Source of the DNA: a virus
IMG/VR virus record: IMGVR_UViG_3300027763_000037
Coordinates: 47,922-111,921 of that record
Direction: 5' to 3' (one strand)
Length of the DNA stretch: 64,000 nucleotides
Below the pieces are notes generated by a model. That model had not been told where the DNA came from and did not search any database. It saw only the letters and a program-made list of their open reading frames with translations. Every line of letters starts with the position of its first letter. The first letter of the stretch is position 1. The position numbers and the translations under genes are program-made. Below, piece after piece: positions 1 through 10,900 of this stretch.

Positions 1-2
1 CG

Positions 3-278
3 TTTCATTAATGATGGCATATATTTTTTATGACGATTAACTAAATCAGCAGTCTGCCCTACTGTATATGCTCTTTCTCTTTTATTTTTAAAATCACTAA
101 TTAAACAACTTTCAATTTGATCTTTAGTAATATTATAAACAGACATAATGCCATTAGATTGATTATAATGATGTACCCGAACAAGGCATTTGTTTAAAAA
201 CCATACCTTTTTACTTCCAGGTATTACAGGGAGGAGATTGTACCCTTCGCTCTGAGTTGTTCCTTTTTTAGTAGCCAT
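3..278 (-). CDS. Putative HTH DNA-binding protein, truncated at the window edge
   Basis: Not in the ORF track. Manual translation from ATG 278 gives MATKKGTTQSEGYNLLPVIPGSKKVWFLN...AYTVGQTADLVNRHKKYMPSLMK; YTVGQTADLVN resembles a MerR/excisionase-type HTH start. Confidence 0.55.
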   Translation of the reverse strand, partial: MATKKGTTQSEGYNLLPVIPGSKKVWFLNKCLVRVHHYNQSNGIMSVYNITKDQIESCLISDFKNKRERAYTVGQTADLVNRHKKYMPSLMK

Positions 279-415
279 TGCCCCTCTTTAGAATTTTGTG
301 GAGGATTAAAAAACTTTCTATTACCACATAGAACGCAATATACCTCAAGATGATTAATTGCACTATATATCCTATCAATAAACATTCTTCCAGAACATTT
401 GTTACATTTGATCAT
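224..415 (-). CDS. Small zinc-ribbon protein
   Basis: Two CxxC pairs (CNKC, CVLCG); start overlaps the upstream stop codon. Confidence 0.7.
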   Translation of the reverse strand: MIKCNKCSGRMFIDRIYSAINHLEVYCVLCGNRKFFNPPQNSKEGQWLLKKEQLRAKGTISSL

Positions 416-852
416 TATGACGGAATGCCAACTGCTATTATATTAATTCCAACCGATACTTCTCCTGCTGAGTTAAACTTTACAACACCCTCTACGCCTG
501 TAGTAGTTATTGCTTTAATTACAACCGTAACATTTTTGCCAGCGGTTGTATCTTTAATTGTTACTGGTGTTGCAGTTACAATTGGTGCATAAGCAAAACC
601 AACTCCAAATGGATATGTCCATGACTTTTCTTCGCCTGCAATGATTGAAGTAGAACTAACGATTTCTTTATACCCTCCAACAATACGGGCTTCTGAGGTT
701 TTTCTACTTTGAGGCCCCGCTGTTGTTGTATCTACAGTGACATATTTGTTTGCTGATGTTGAGGCACTTTTTTGCAACTGAATAATTGCCTGAGCCATAT
801 CATAAATATATGCAACGTCTAATGGCTGTCCTTTATCTGGAACTGATATCAT
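415..852 (-). CDS. Minor tail/tip protein with a beta-rich, H-type-lectin-like C-terminus
   Basis: FGVGFAYAPIVTATP...IIAVG resembles phage tail-fibre C-terminal domains; last gene of the tail module. Confidence 0.55.
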   Translation of the reverse strand: MISVPDKGQPLDVAYIYDMAQAIIQLQKSASTSANKYVTVDTTTAGPQSRKTSEARIVGGYKEIVSSTSIIAGEEKSWTYPFGVGFAYAPIVTATPVTIKDTTAGKNVTVVIKAITTTGVEGVVKFNSAGEVSVGINIIAVGIPS

Positions 853-859
853 AATATAA

Positions 860-1336
860 TTATACCAGACTCAAAGGAGTTGTGGACTCAAAGAGAGTTG
901 CTGAAGGATATCTTGTTTTTGGAAAACTTGATGCCTGGATTGCAAGCATTACGCTTGTTTTTCCAGTATCTGGTATTGCTCTAAATTCATTCCCAAAAAC
1001 AGATCTTACAAATTTCCATCCAGTCTCTCCATTATATTTTAAATATATGTCAAATGTTTCAATTCCATTAATATCTTTTGACCAAACTGCAGATATTGTT
1101 TTTTGTTGAACAGGGTCTGATGGAATTTGCGCTGTAAAAGAAACATTAAGACCAATCACTGTATTAGTAATAGGATCTTTTTTTAGATTTACTGGAATAT
1201 TGTATACTGGAGACCAGTGAGAAACTCTATTATTATCATCAGTAATTATTCTATATTTTACTTTGTAGGATCCTGATGCTCCTGCAAAATTTGTTAATTG
1301 GGCTTTTGGAATTATAACTTTTTTAATTTCTGCCAT
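860..1336 (-). CDS. Minor tail protein
   Basis: Position in the tail operon; YRIITDDNNRVSHWSP Ig/FN3-like motif. Confidence 0.5.
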   Translation of the reverse strand: MAEIKKVIIPKAQLTNFAGASGSYKVKYRIITDDNNRVSHWSPVYNIPVNLKKDPITNTVIGLNVSFTAQIPSDPVQQKTISAVWSKDINGIETFDIYLKYNGETGWKFVRSVFGNEFRAIPDTGKTSVMLAIQASSFPKTRYPSATLFESTTPLSLV

Positions 1337-2448
1337 TATTGTATTCCAAGTCCAAATCTAAACTCAATATAATTAGTTGTATTTGGTGATTTTATTATCG
1401 GAAGAGATCCTGCATTTTTAATTACAGAGTACCCTGTCATTCCGTATATAGGATTTGCTGTACTTGTATTTTCAATTCTAACACCATCAAGACAGACATA
1501 ATGGTTTGCGCTCACACTGGTATTTTTAAGAACAGATGCATACACTCTGACAGTATCAGCCATAGACCAAGACCACCCAGCGCTTCTTATTGCTGAGGAA
1601 AGCGAACCAGTAAATACTCTATATCTACTTCCAGAAAAAGAGGCATTGTCTAGAATCTGAACTTGAGCAGATTTACCAGAGTTAACGCCAGTTGTACATA
1701 AAAACTCTACAATTATTTTTACTGATGTAGGATTATCCTCAGTATCATCTCCAACTTTATTTATGACAGAATACGCAACTTTAATAAGATCGGATTGAGA
1801 ATAATTGTCAAGGTTTAGAGATGTATTAGATAGTTTAACATAGTCTGATGTATTAGATGTACCCCATTTTGTTTGAGCAGTAGATATCTCAGAAGAGTCT
1901 CCACGAAGTGCAATAAAAGAATTTAAATATCTACATGTTTCTTTTCTTGCAACACGTTTCTCAGTAACAAACACTTTGTTATCTGCATTTGTTCTAAAAA
2001 CTTTGGAAGTTGTTGATATTATATTGTCTCCATCGTCTCCATCTAAAGGTTCTGGAATGTAAGGAATTGCAGAAGTGTTTCCAGAGTATTCCCAGTTTTC
2101 AGAGAATGTATAGAGAATCTTACTATCGTATGCTCCTGCAGTTGTATTTGCTCCAGCAGAGAATACTCCAACCTCTGTTATTTCATATCTTTCTTCTGTT
2201 GGGAGTTCTGCTGTAAACACAATTTTTGAAACTCCGTTTTCAGAGACATACCCTCTTGACGTTATGGGAACACGAAGCATTTCAAAATCTAGTCTTTCTT
2301 TTGCAGCAAAGGCTGTTGCATAGTCAGACAAATTAGCAGAAGCGCCTAATGGTGTTGGGCCACATCCAATAGCAATGTGTGATGCATAGGCAGAAGCCTG
2401 GCCAATCAAATACTTGGCTATAATGTTTTTACCGTTTGTAGTTATCAT
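1336..2448 (-). CDS. Minor tail/baseplate protein
   Basis: N-terminus MITTNGKNIIAKYL...HIAIGCG...ITEVGVF is typical of tail-fibre attachment domains. Confidence 0.6.
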   Translation of the reverse strand: MITTNGKNIIAKYLIGQASAYASHIAIGCGPTPLGASANLSDYATAFAAKERLDFEMLRVPITSRGYVSENGVSKIVFTAELPTEERYEITEVGVFSAGANTTAGAYDSKILYTFSENWEYSGNTSAIPYIPEPLDGDDGDNIISTTSKVFRTNADNKVFVTEKRVARKETCRYLNSFIALRGDSSEISTAQTKWGTSNTSDYVKLSNTSLNLDNYSQSDLIKVAYSVINKVGDDTEDNPTSVKIIVEFLCTTGVNSGKSAQVQILDNASFSGSRYRVFTGSLSSAIRSAGWSWSMADTVRVYASVLKNTSVSANHYVCLDGVRIENTSTANPIYGMTGYSVIKNAGSLPIIKSPNTTNYIEFRFGLGIQ

Positions 2449-2942
2449 ATTTCATCCACCTTATATATTGTACCATTATACTGACTTCCTTTTGTCTGAA
2501 TATTAACCTGTACTAACTCGTTTGGTTCCATGTTTATTACGTTGATTACCAAGTCTCCTGTTTCTGGATCAAGGTAAACTATTTCTTTATTAGGCCCTGT
2601 TCCCTCAGAAGGAACATGAGCATCTAATTTAATAGGAAAGTTATCAAAAAACTCTTTTGAAGTATCTTGTAGTCCTAAGATTCTTTGTGGACTGTACTGA
2701 TAAGCAAGCATTGTAATATTTTTTATTGGTCTATACAAAACGTCTTGACCATTAATAATGTCAGATCTTGTAATAGTTATTATTTCTTGTCCACCAATGT
2801 CTTCAAAGATTAGGTCTGTCATTATCTCAATTGGAACAAGTTCAGAACTTTGAATAATTAAATTAGGAGTCGCAACCTTGATGTTTTCTTTGGCAGCAAC
2901 AGTAGACACTGATGCTGGTATGGATGCTACTGGATCTACCAT
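2445..2942 (-). CDS. Minor tail protein
   Basis: Translationally coupled within the tail operon. Confidence 0.5.
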   Translation of the reverse strand: MVDPVASIPASVSTVAAKENIKVATPNLIIQSSELVPIEIMTDLIFEDIGGQEIITITRSDIINGQDVLYRPIKNITMLAYQYSPQRILGLQDTSKEFFDNFPIKLDAHVPSEGTGPNKEIVYLDPETGDLVINVINMEPNELVQVNIQTKGSQYNGTIYKVDEI

Positions 2943-5900
2943 TACACTACCTCACTTAGATAAATTTCCATACTCGGTCCTTCTGCAGACTTTGAATATG
3001 AAATACTATATACAACAAATTTTTTACCATTAGTTCCAGAATAATCCAAATCTCCCTCATAATAATCAACCTCAGCAATGTCTCCTAATTGAATTGTAGG
3101 ATTAGCAAAAATCTTTAGACCGATAGACTTTCTTGGTTTAATAATCTTTTGTGTTAACCAAGACATAAGATAGTTTGCTTCATCTTTTGATTGAATATAT
3201 GGAGTGTCAAGGCTAAAATCTTTTTTACCATGAGTCATTCTACTAATCTTAATTTCTTCATACTCTCTTAAAACTTTATTTGGATATGAAACTAGGGTAT
3301 CTCCAGAATATTGTGGCTTAGAAAAATCACTATTCTTTGAATAATATTCATCAACACTTATAGACTCATCTGTTTCTTGGGTAAATGTAACGCCCTGAAT
3401 TCTTAAATAGTTTCCAGATGCCGCATCAAGAGTGATTGCCTTATCTGTTGCATTAAAGATTATAAACTCTGCACCATATGCACCTGCTCTAAACCCAGAT
3501 ACTGCGTATCCCTTTATAGAGTTAAATGTTGGAGATAACTGTGCATAGATTGCTGGATATGCTTTTTCGTATTTAATCTTAAATACTGATGCCTCTCTCA
3601 TTATTGTGCCAAACTCTTCAAAATATAAATTGCTTTGAGGCGGTTCATAAGAACTTATACCAGTTAGATATGTAGACTGTATGATTCCACTCATTGCATA
3701 CTTTCTCATAGACTCGCTGGCATTGACTTCGCTATCTTCATCAAATACCGTCGCTGTTGGAGTGTTTAAGATATACTTACTATTTTGCCCATAGTTAGCA
3801 CCAATAGCATAAATATTTTCAAACATAACACGAGAAGATCCTCTGGTAAAAAGAGCCATATTATTAAACACTGGCAAAGGATCTTTGTCTATTACACTTG
3901 CAACAAATTGATTGTTTAGATAAATATAAAATTTTCTTTCATTTCCAATATTTTCGTATTCTATAGATATGTCATATACTGTTGGAGTTTTTTCTGCTGC
4001 CATGCGGTATTGACCAGTAAACTTGCCATCATCAACAACAATGTTTGCAAGTCCAGCATATAGTTTTTCTGGAATTGCTGCTGAAGATGCTGAGTCTTTC
4101 TTAACCTTATAAAAAATAACATTGTTAACATCTTGAGACTTTGTTTTATCAATTGTAGTTTTTCCAAGTGCTATAAGTTCCAGAAAATATCCATTGTTTG
4201 TTTCTGGATTAACCATTATGCCAAGTCCACCTGATCCACCCACAATATTAACATCTTTGTCTGGAGTTGTTCCAGGAATTAAATAATAAGATGTTGCTCC
4301 AACTGCTGTTTGTCCACGATCAGCATTGTTCTCTATCTTTCCAACTATTCTCATTCTAGTTCCAAAATGCGTAAACTTATTTGTCATTGGCTTATAAACA
4401 TAAGATATGAAATCAAGAGGTGCTTCTGATGTTTTAAATGATGGTCCAGCCATGATCAATGCTGAAGACTGAATTGTTCCAGTGCTTGTTGATTGCATGT
4501 TTGCAACATCTGCTTCTTTGTAATACTGTGTTGAAAGAAAGTTTTTTATTACACCATTTCTTGTTGTATTTTTTGCTAAATCAGGTGTGACACCTGCTGC
4601 GCCTACTTCTGTTTCTGGTGCTGTTAGACCTGATTGAAACAGATACTTGGATTGCATAGTGCATCCTCTTACATTGTTATTATCTGACCAATAAGGAGAT
4701 AGGCCTGCAAAGTGTGAAGTAATTGTTGTATTGAACTGTCCTCTTCCATGCTTTGCTACAGGACCATTTTGTAAATATTCTTTTCCATTTAACTCAATAT
4801 AGTTTGGCTCTGCATATATTCTAACTAATCCTGTTGGGAATATTGATCCACCAAACTTAAGTTTAGAAAAATAATTTTGATATTCCTGAACATTAGTTAT
4901 CCAAACATTTCCATATCCAGATACGGAAAATTCAACAGCATCAAACTTGATGACTTCTCCATTTGAATAAAAATATCCATTATATCTTGCAAGCCAATAT
5001 ATTCCTTCGCCAAAGTTCATTGTGTTATTAACAACTTTATTTCCAGCAACATATGGAATAGCATCTGTTAAATTTGAGTTTAACGGAATTGCGCTTAGAA
5101 CATAATCAGACATTTCTGAAACTTGATTGTTTACAGACTTTGTTGTCTCTGTTCCAGAAACCTCCCAGAGAAGTACTGGTTTATAAACCCAGGTCTTTTC
5201 ATTATCAACAAGGCTTGCTTGTTTAATACTTCCAAATGTTTTTTGAATATATCTAGATGTAAAGTTAATCTTTCCATCATTATAGACCTGATTATCTTCT
5301 GATGTTATCTCAATAATATTTGATAGTGCAGTAGAAGTAGACATATTCTTAATTCCATTATTTTCAATAAGATCATTTGTTCCTAAGAACTTTACATCTG
5401 TTGCTCTTTCATTATTAGAAGGCATAAAATAATTTTTGCTCATCATTACAAAGTTGTTATATTCATCAAAGAACATTGCTGTTTGTGTTGATATTGCTAT
5501 GTCTTGCAAAACTTCTGCAATTGTCTTGTTCGAGTTAGAAAAGAAAAATGGAATAACTGACTCAGTCTCGCCAGGTAGCCTTTTAAATACGTAGTTTGAA
5601 AAACCAGCATAGTCTAATAGCATGCACACGGCAGTGCTGACTGATACATTTGGAAGAAGAAGTTCTGGTGCTGTAACTGATTCAAAATAAAAAAACATAT
5701 CTCTTAACGATAAAGAAACAGTTCTTTCGGAAATATTGTTTGTTGGGAATCCCTCAGAGTACATTGTCTTTAATGGAACAAAATAATCGTATCCATCAAC
5801 ATCAACAGTAATGTCATAAAATTTAATCTGTATATTCCTTGTTATATATTTACTAATAATACTCTTAAGATTGTTTGGGTTAAATGCAGAATCATGGTCA

Positions 5901-7255
5901 AACATATTTAGAGTTCCAGTTGAAGCAAGCAGTTGGCCCACTGGTAAACCACTTATGCCTAAATCTGATGCTGACTTTGCAATAGAAAAATCTAATGTTT
6001 TGTCTGAAAGATTTACACAAAGTCTTGGAGATATTTCAATTAAGTCAAAAGATGCTTGCGGAGTATTCATAGACTCGATGACTATTCTTATTCCTTTAAT
6101 ATAGTCAAACTCACGATACCTATTTCTAAGATTTACTTGATCATAAAATTTTACTGGGTCTGTAAGGTCTGTCACAAAGTTAGTCACACGGTCAATAGTT
6201 TCTTCTTCTAACTGCCAAGCGTACTCTGGTTTGAAGGTTGCATATTGCCCACCATTAAGCCCTCCCTGTTGCCATATATAAAATGTTCCTACTTCTGTAC
6301 TTGATGGCTGGATCAAGTAAGCATATCCATGTATATTTTTTTCTGGTAAAAATGATGCGTCTGAATAAGTCTCTGCAAAGATAAAGGATGATCTGTATGA
6401 GTCTGGAATCTTAAGGCCGTAGGACAGTTCTACATATCCATCATGTTTTATTACTGCTGTTCCATCTCTTCTTGTTGTTCCTTCATTAAATGAATACAAG
6501 TCTGTCCAGGTTCCATTTTGAAGCCCCTGAATTTTCCATCTTTTTGGAGTCTTGCTTTTTGAATCTCCGTAAAATGGATCTGAAAATGTTGAGTCATTTG
6601 AAGAAAAAGTTCCAAGATCAACATTTCCAACATGTGTTTGCATTTTTACTACAACTCTATTTGCTGGCACATCTTCTTTATATACAATAAATGGGCAAGC
6701 ATCTTCAATAGGATAGGCTGAGTCTATTGTAGAAGATGATATTCCATATTCTACACCATCTTCTGTTCTGTATGAAGACCAGTATTTAAATAGGTCATCT
6801 TTGTGGCCCATATAGTATCTTGGTCTTCTTGCCATATCTATATTAGAATGATGTAAATATTTGCCACGAAGAAATAAAGATTTGTTAATTCCAGACCTAG
6901 GTCTAAATTTTGAGAAACAATCTTCTAATGAATAAAGCATTCCAATTTTTTCTTTTTTTGTAGAAAGGGTAAAAGGATTTTCTGAATCATCAAACCCTCC
7001 GTCAATTACAACATCTGCATCAGTTGCATTTGTATAATATTTTACTGCAGAAGAAGAGGTTCCAGAATCGTATGGATCATAAGATCCTGGTAAATTTTTA
7101 TATGGAGAATTTTCTTGCTTTGGTCTATATCGATAATTTCCAATTCTTGAAATATTTTCTGGAATATTCATATTCCATTCAGCAATGATTGCAGACTGTG
7201 TTCTTATTACAGAAGACTCTTGAAGATGTTTCTGCAGTTCTGGATTTTCAAACAT
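2942..7255 (-). CDS. Large tail tip / central hub protein (1437 aa)
   Basis: Second gene after the tape measure; C-terminal NPTIQLGDIAEV...VVYSISY motif typical of hub/Tal proteins. Confidence 0.65.
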   Translation of the reverse strand: MFENPELQKHLQESSVIRTQSAIIAEWNMNIPENISRIGNYRYRPKQENSPYKNLPGSYDPYDSGTSSSAVKYYTNATDADVVIDGGFDDSENPFTLSTKKEKIGMLYSLEDCFSKFRPRSGINKSLFLRGKYLHHSNIDMARRPRYYMGHKDDLFKYWSSYRTEDGVEYGISSSTIDSAYPIEDACPFIVYKEDVPANRVVVKMQTHVGNVDLGTFSSNDSTFSDPFYGDSKSKTPKRWKIQGLQNGTWTDLYSFNEGTTRRDGTAVIKHDGYVELSYGLKIPDSYRSSFIFAETYSDASFLPEKNIHGYAYLIQPSSTEVGTFYIWQQGGLNGGQYATFKPEYAWQLEEETIDRVTNFVTDLTDPVKFYDQVNLRNRYREFDYIKGIRIVIESMNTPQASFDLIEISPRLCVNLSDKTLDFSIAKSASDLGISGLPVGQLLASTGTLNMFDHDSAFNPNNLKSIISKYITRNIQIKFYDITVDVDGYDYFVPLKTMYSEGFPTNNISERTVSLSLRDMFFYFESVTAPELLLPNVSVSTAVCMLLDYAGFSNYVFKRLPGETESVIPFFFSNSNKTIAEVLQDIAISTQTAMFFDEYNNFVMMSKNYFMPSNNERATDVKFLGTNDLIENNGIKNMSTSTALSNIIEITSEDNQVYNDGKINFTSRYIQKTFGSIKQASLVDNEKTWVYKPVLLWEVSGTETTKSVNNQVSEMSDYVLSAIPLNSNLTDAIPYVAGNKVVNNTMNFGEGIYWLARYNGYFYSNGEVIKFDAVEFSVSGYGNVWITNVQEYQNYFSKLKFGGSIFPTGLVRIYAEPNYIELNGKEYLQNGPVAKHGRGQFNTTITSHFAGLSPYWSDNNNVRGCTMQSKYLFQSGLTAPETEVGAAGVTPDLAKNTTRNGVIKNFLSTQYYKEADVANMQSTSTGTIQSSALIMAGPSFKTSEAPLDFISYVYKPMTNKFTHFGTRMRIVGKIENNADRGQTAVGATSYYLIPGTTPDKDVNIVGGSGGLGIMVNPETNNGYFLELIALGKTTIDKTKSQDVNNVIFYKVKKDSASSAAIPEKLYAGLANIVVDDGKFTGQYRMAAEKTPTVYDISIEYENIGNERKFYIYLNNQFVASVIDKDPLPVFNNMALFTRGSSRVMFENIYAIGANYGQNSKYILNTPTATVFDEDSEVNASESMRKYAMSGIIQSTYLTGISSYEPPQSNLYFEEFGTIMREASVFKIKYEKAYPAIYAQLSPTFNSIKGYAVSGFRAGAYGAEFIIFNATDKAITLDAASGNYLRIQGVTFTQETDESISVDEYYSKNSDFSKPQYSGDTLVSYPNKVLREYEEIKISRMTHGKKDFSLDTPYIQSKDEANYLMSWLTQKIIKPRKSIGLKIFANPTIQLGDIAEVDYYEGDLDYSGTNGKKFVVYSISYSKSAEGPSMEIYLSEVV

Positions 7256-7917
7256 TATACTTCTTCCAATGTAACAGATACATTCCAGTAGTCAAAGTTT
7301 TTTCCACGCTTTTCTACTGTGTAAGAAAAATCTGAAAAAAACATTTCAACTAGTTGGCTATATTGTGGTAAGTGTGCATATTTATTTATGCTTGGCTGAC
7401 CAACATTGTTAAAGTTAGAGTACTTGTCATATGCTAAGAATACCCAGAAAGATCCTTTATGGTTATCATACCAATCAAGCATTTCAACTCCACCTGCACC
7501 AGCATCAGTTGTAAACTGTAGTGGCTGATCTTTATTTCCAACTAGATCAGTAGTAGCCAAACCAGTAGTTATATTAAAGTCTGGAGAATCTAAGAATGAT
7601 CTTGAAGGTATCATGTTCCAAGATGTAGATATAGTTAATTTGTCTGCAATATGATAAGACCTTGTTCTTCCATTTATCATTCTTTCTTTCTTTTCAATTC
7701 TTGTTGTTTTAAAATCTATTGGGCCTCTATTATCATCTGTCAATATTAAAAAGTTATCATACTGGCGTGAGTCTGTTACATCTCCATGCAAGGAGTCTAC
7801 CTCTAGGCCATTTGGAATATAAACTCCATTGCTTAGGGTTCCAGAATTCTCTGACCATAGCATAGCCTGTGGTCTGTTGTAGTACTTTCTGCCTAGCATA
7901 TAGGATGATGATGCCAT
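7255..7917 (-). CDS. Distal tail (Dit-like) protein
   Basis: Immediately downstream of the tape measure; ends WNVSVTLEEV. Confidence 0.6.
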   Translation of the reverse strand: MASSSYMLGRKYYNRPQAMLWSENSGTLSNGVYIPNGLEVDSLHGDVTDSRQYDNFLILTDDNRGPIDFKTTRIEKKERMINGRTRSYHIADKLTISTSWNMIPSRSFLDSPDFNITTGLATTDLVGNKDQPLQFTTDAGAGGVEMLDWYDNHKGSFWVFLAYDKYSNFNNVGQPSINKYAHLPQYSQLVEMFFSDFSYTVEKRGKNFDYWNVSVTLEEV

Positions 7918-10900
7918 TATAATCTATTCCCCCGAATTTTCTGTGCATCAATGCCCTTTATCTGAGCAATGACTGTCTTTGCAATTTCATCTGGATTTGA
8001 GTCAGATTTAACATTTACATTGATGCTATAATTATACACTGAATCCCCAATAGAATCTCCATTATTTATTGCCTTCATTCTATCAACTCCATAAGAATCA
8101 ACGGCATATTTACTCATTACAAACTCTCCTGGGGTTAGCATTGCTGGGACAGTGTCTGTTCCTACTGAGAATCCACCATTTAGGAATCTTGCAACATCAA
8201 TAAATCCACCACTTGAGAGTTTTACTGGTCTACCTTTTGGATACTTTGCAGTAATTCTATTCATTGCTGCATTTGCTAGGCCATTATCTCCATCGGCACG
8301 GAGTCTTGCTACTCCTGCCATAAGAGCATCGTAATCCGCTTGGGCTGCTGCAAGAGCATTTGCTGCTGCTTCTGCATTTGCTGCTGAAGTTGCTGCAACT
8401 GCATTTGCTCTCATGTTTGCTTCTGCTGCAGAATCTGTGCTGCCATTTGTGTCTTCCCCAGCATATCCCTTAACCCAACCATTGGTATCGCTCCAGCCAT
8501 AATCTCCTACAGGCTTGGTTGGCTTCTTCCATCCACCTTTACCGTCAGAAATCCATGCTTTGCCAGGCTGTGGTGTTGGCGTGTCAGTTGGTGTTGGTGT
8601 AGGGGCTGTAACAGTTGTTGTAGTAGCCACTGTGTTAACATAAACAGTCTTATATTCTTTTGTAAATATTTCAATAGTTTTCGAAGATGGTAAAAGATTA
8701 ATGTCTCTAAGAATATCTGCCATAGACTTTGCGCCCTTTGCAGTAGACTCTGCAATTGCTGCGATAGCGTCCTTCATTCTCTTTTCCATAGCCTCAGCAG
8801 TTGCTTCTGCTGCTAATTGAATTCTTTCCCAATCATCTGCTGTAAGTCCAGCAAAAGTTTCTACATCATCAAGTTCTGCATTGATGGCAATAAGCGCTGC
8901 TTCTTGTATAGCAAGAGATGCATCTTGTTCTGCCAATGCTGTTACAATTGCTTGCTGTGCATCCATTTCTGCCTGGACTGCTTTAAGTTCCGCTTCTTTT
9001 GCTAACTTTGCTGCTGCGATTGCTGCCTGACGGGCAGGTTCAAGGTCATCTTGCTCTTTTCTTAGTTTGGCAAGTCCATTTTCAAGATCTAATTTTTCTT
9101 TTGCTATTGCCTGTTCTAGTATAAGTCTTTGTGGATTATTTTCTAATGCATAAATTTGTTCTGAAATAACGTATTGCTCTTCAAGAATTTGGCTTCTTGT
9201 TTTTCCATCTTTGTTTGTTAGAGCATTAACATCATTTTCTCTTGACTGATTAAGTCCGTCCATCTGTGCATTACCAAAGTCTGCAGCATTAGCAGAACGA
9301 ATATCTTGAACGGCTGCTGCTGCAGCAGAAATATCTCCAGATGATAAAGCGTCTGCCAAACCTAGTTGTTGTTGCTGCTCTCTTGATATTCTTTCGTTAA
9401 TAGATAATACATTTTGTAATGCTTCTGCTTGAAGGTCGTACTTTTTATTTATGTCTTCTGCTGCTTTATCGATTAAAGATAGGTCATGGCTAAGAACATT
9501 TGACTGATCTTGATATTTTTTAATTGGGTCATCAAAGTCTTTCTTTATTTGATCTTCTTTATCAGAGATAGACTTGTCAGCGTCTTTCTGAAGTTTGTTA
9601 ATTCTGTCTTGCACATCTTTTTCTTTATCATCATATTCTTTATTAACTGCATCAACAGCATCATTCATAGACTTACTAATGTTATCAAACTTTGTTTGGA
9701 TCTGTGCCATATTTGCATTAGCAACATTCATTTGTGAGGCAACTAAAGATCTTTCTTTTCCAACACTTGCCTGTGTTTTATTTCCAAGCAATTTAGTTAA
9801 CGATTCTGATGTATAAGCCTTTTTTGTTGCAGGGTCAATCATCTTTGCTGCTACATTTGCTATAGCCTTTGCTCCAACGTTTTCTCCACCGTATGTAGTT
9901 CCATCTGGCCTTGTACCCTTTTCACTTACGTAGGCTCCAAGTTCTGATCCAGTCATTCGTGATCTTAGTCTTGATTTTATTCCAAGGGCTTCTTGAGCAG
10001 CAGATGCACCACCCATAATAATTTCTGATACTGTTTTTGTAATGTTTACCTTAATATCTGAATTCTTTTTAATTTCATTTAAAGAATCAACTACATCTTG
10101 TAGTGATGCATTTGCACCAGCAGTCTTATTTTTAACTGCATCCATTGCTGCAAGTAGGGTGCTGAGTTGTTCTGGATCTCCAAGGGCATCTGTCATTGCT
10201 CCTTCTGATATTCCACGAGACAAACCAGATGATGCAAGAAATGCCTGAAGTTCTTGTCTTCTTGCCATATCTGCATTTTCTTGTCTTGCTCTTGCTCCTT
10301 GAGAAACTATGTTGTTAATCTTGTCTCTTGTGTCTGCTTGAACAGCAAGAGCATTGTTAATCTTGAGTTCTTCGTCTGTAATTTGACCTGTTGCAATTGC
10401 AGTTGTGTATGCCTCATCACTTAATACTCTTTGGATTTGAGTATTAGTCATTCCCAGTGCCGCTAATTTCTTCATAACAATTGACTGCTGATCAAAGTTT
10501 CTGATTGTCTGAATTTGTGCTACATTGAAGTCACCAATAATTGCTTTGTTAAATCCAGCCGCAACTTCTTTTCCAGCCTTATTTAGGACAAGATCTCCAA
10601 CCTTAGCGCCATCCTTTAATAATTTTTTACCTTTAGGATCGTTTGGATCAATTACTCTGCCTTTATTCTTGCCACTCTTAACCTTTTTAGTTGCAACCTT
10701 GCCATATTTAGCCTGCTCTGTTTTGTCAAGACCAGTAAACCAGTCAATGAACTGTCCATTATAACCTTTAGTAGGATCTGTTGCCTGAGTAGGCTTGCCA
10801 GATTTCATACCCATTAGTTGTTGTTGTATACCGTTAAATTTATTACCAATTTGTCCACCAGACACAGCCTTAAACAAAGCCTTAATTCCACCTTCAGCAT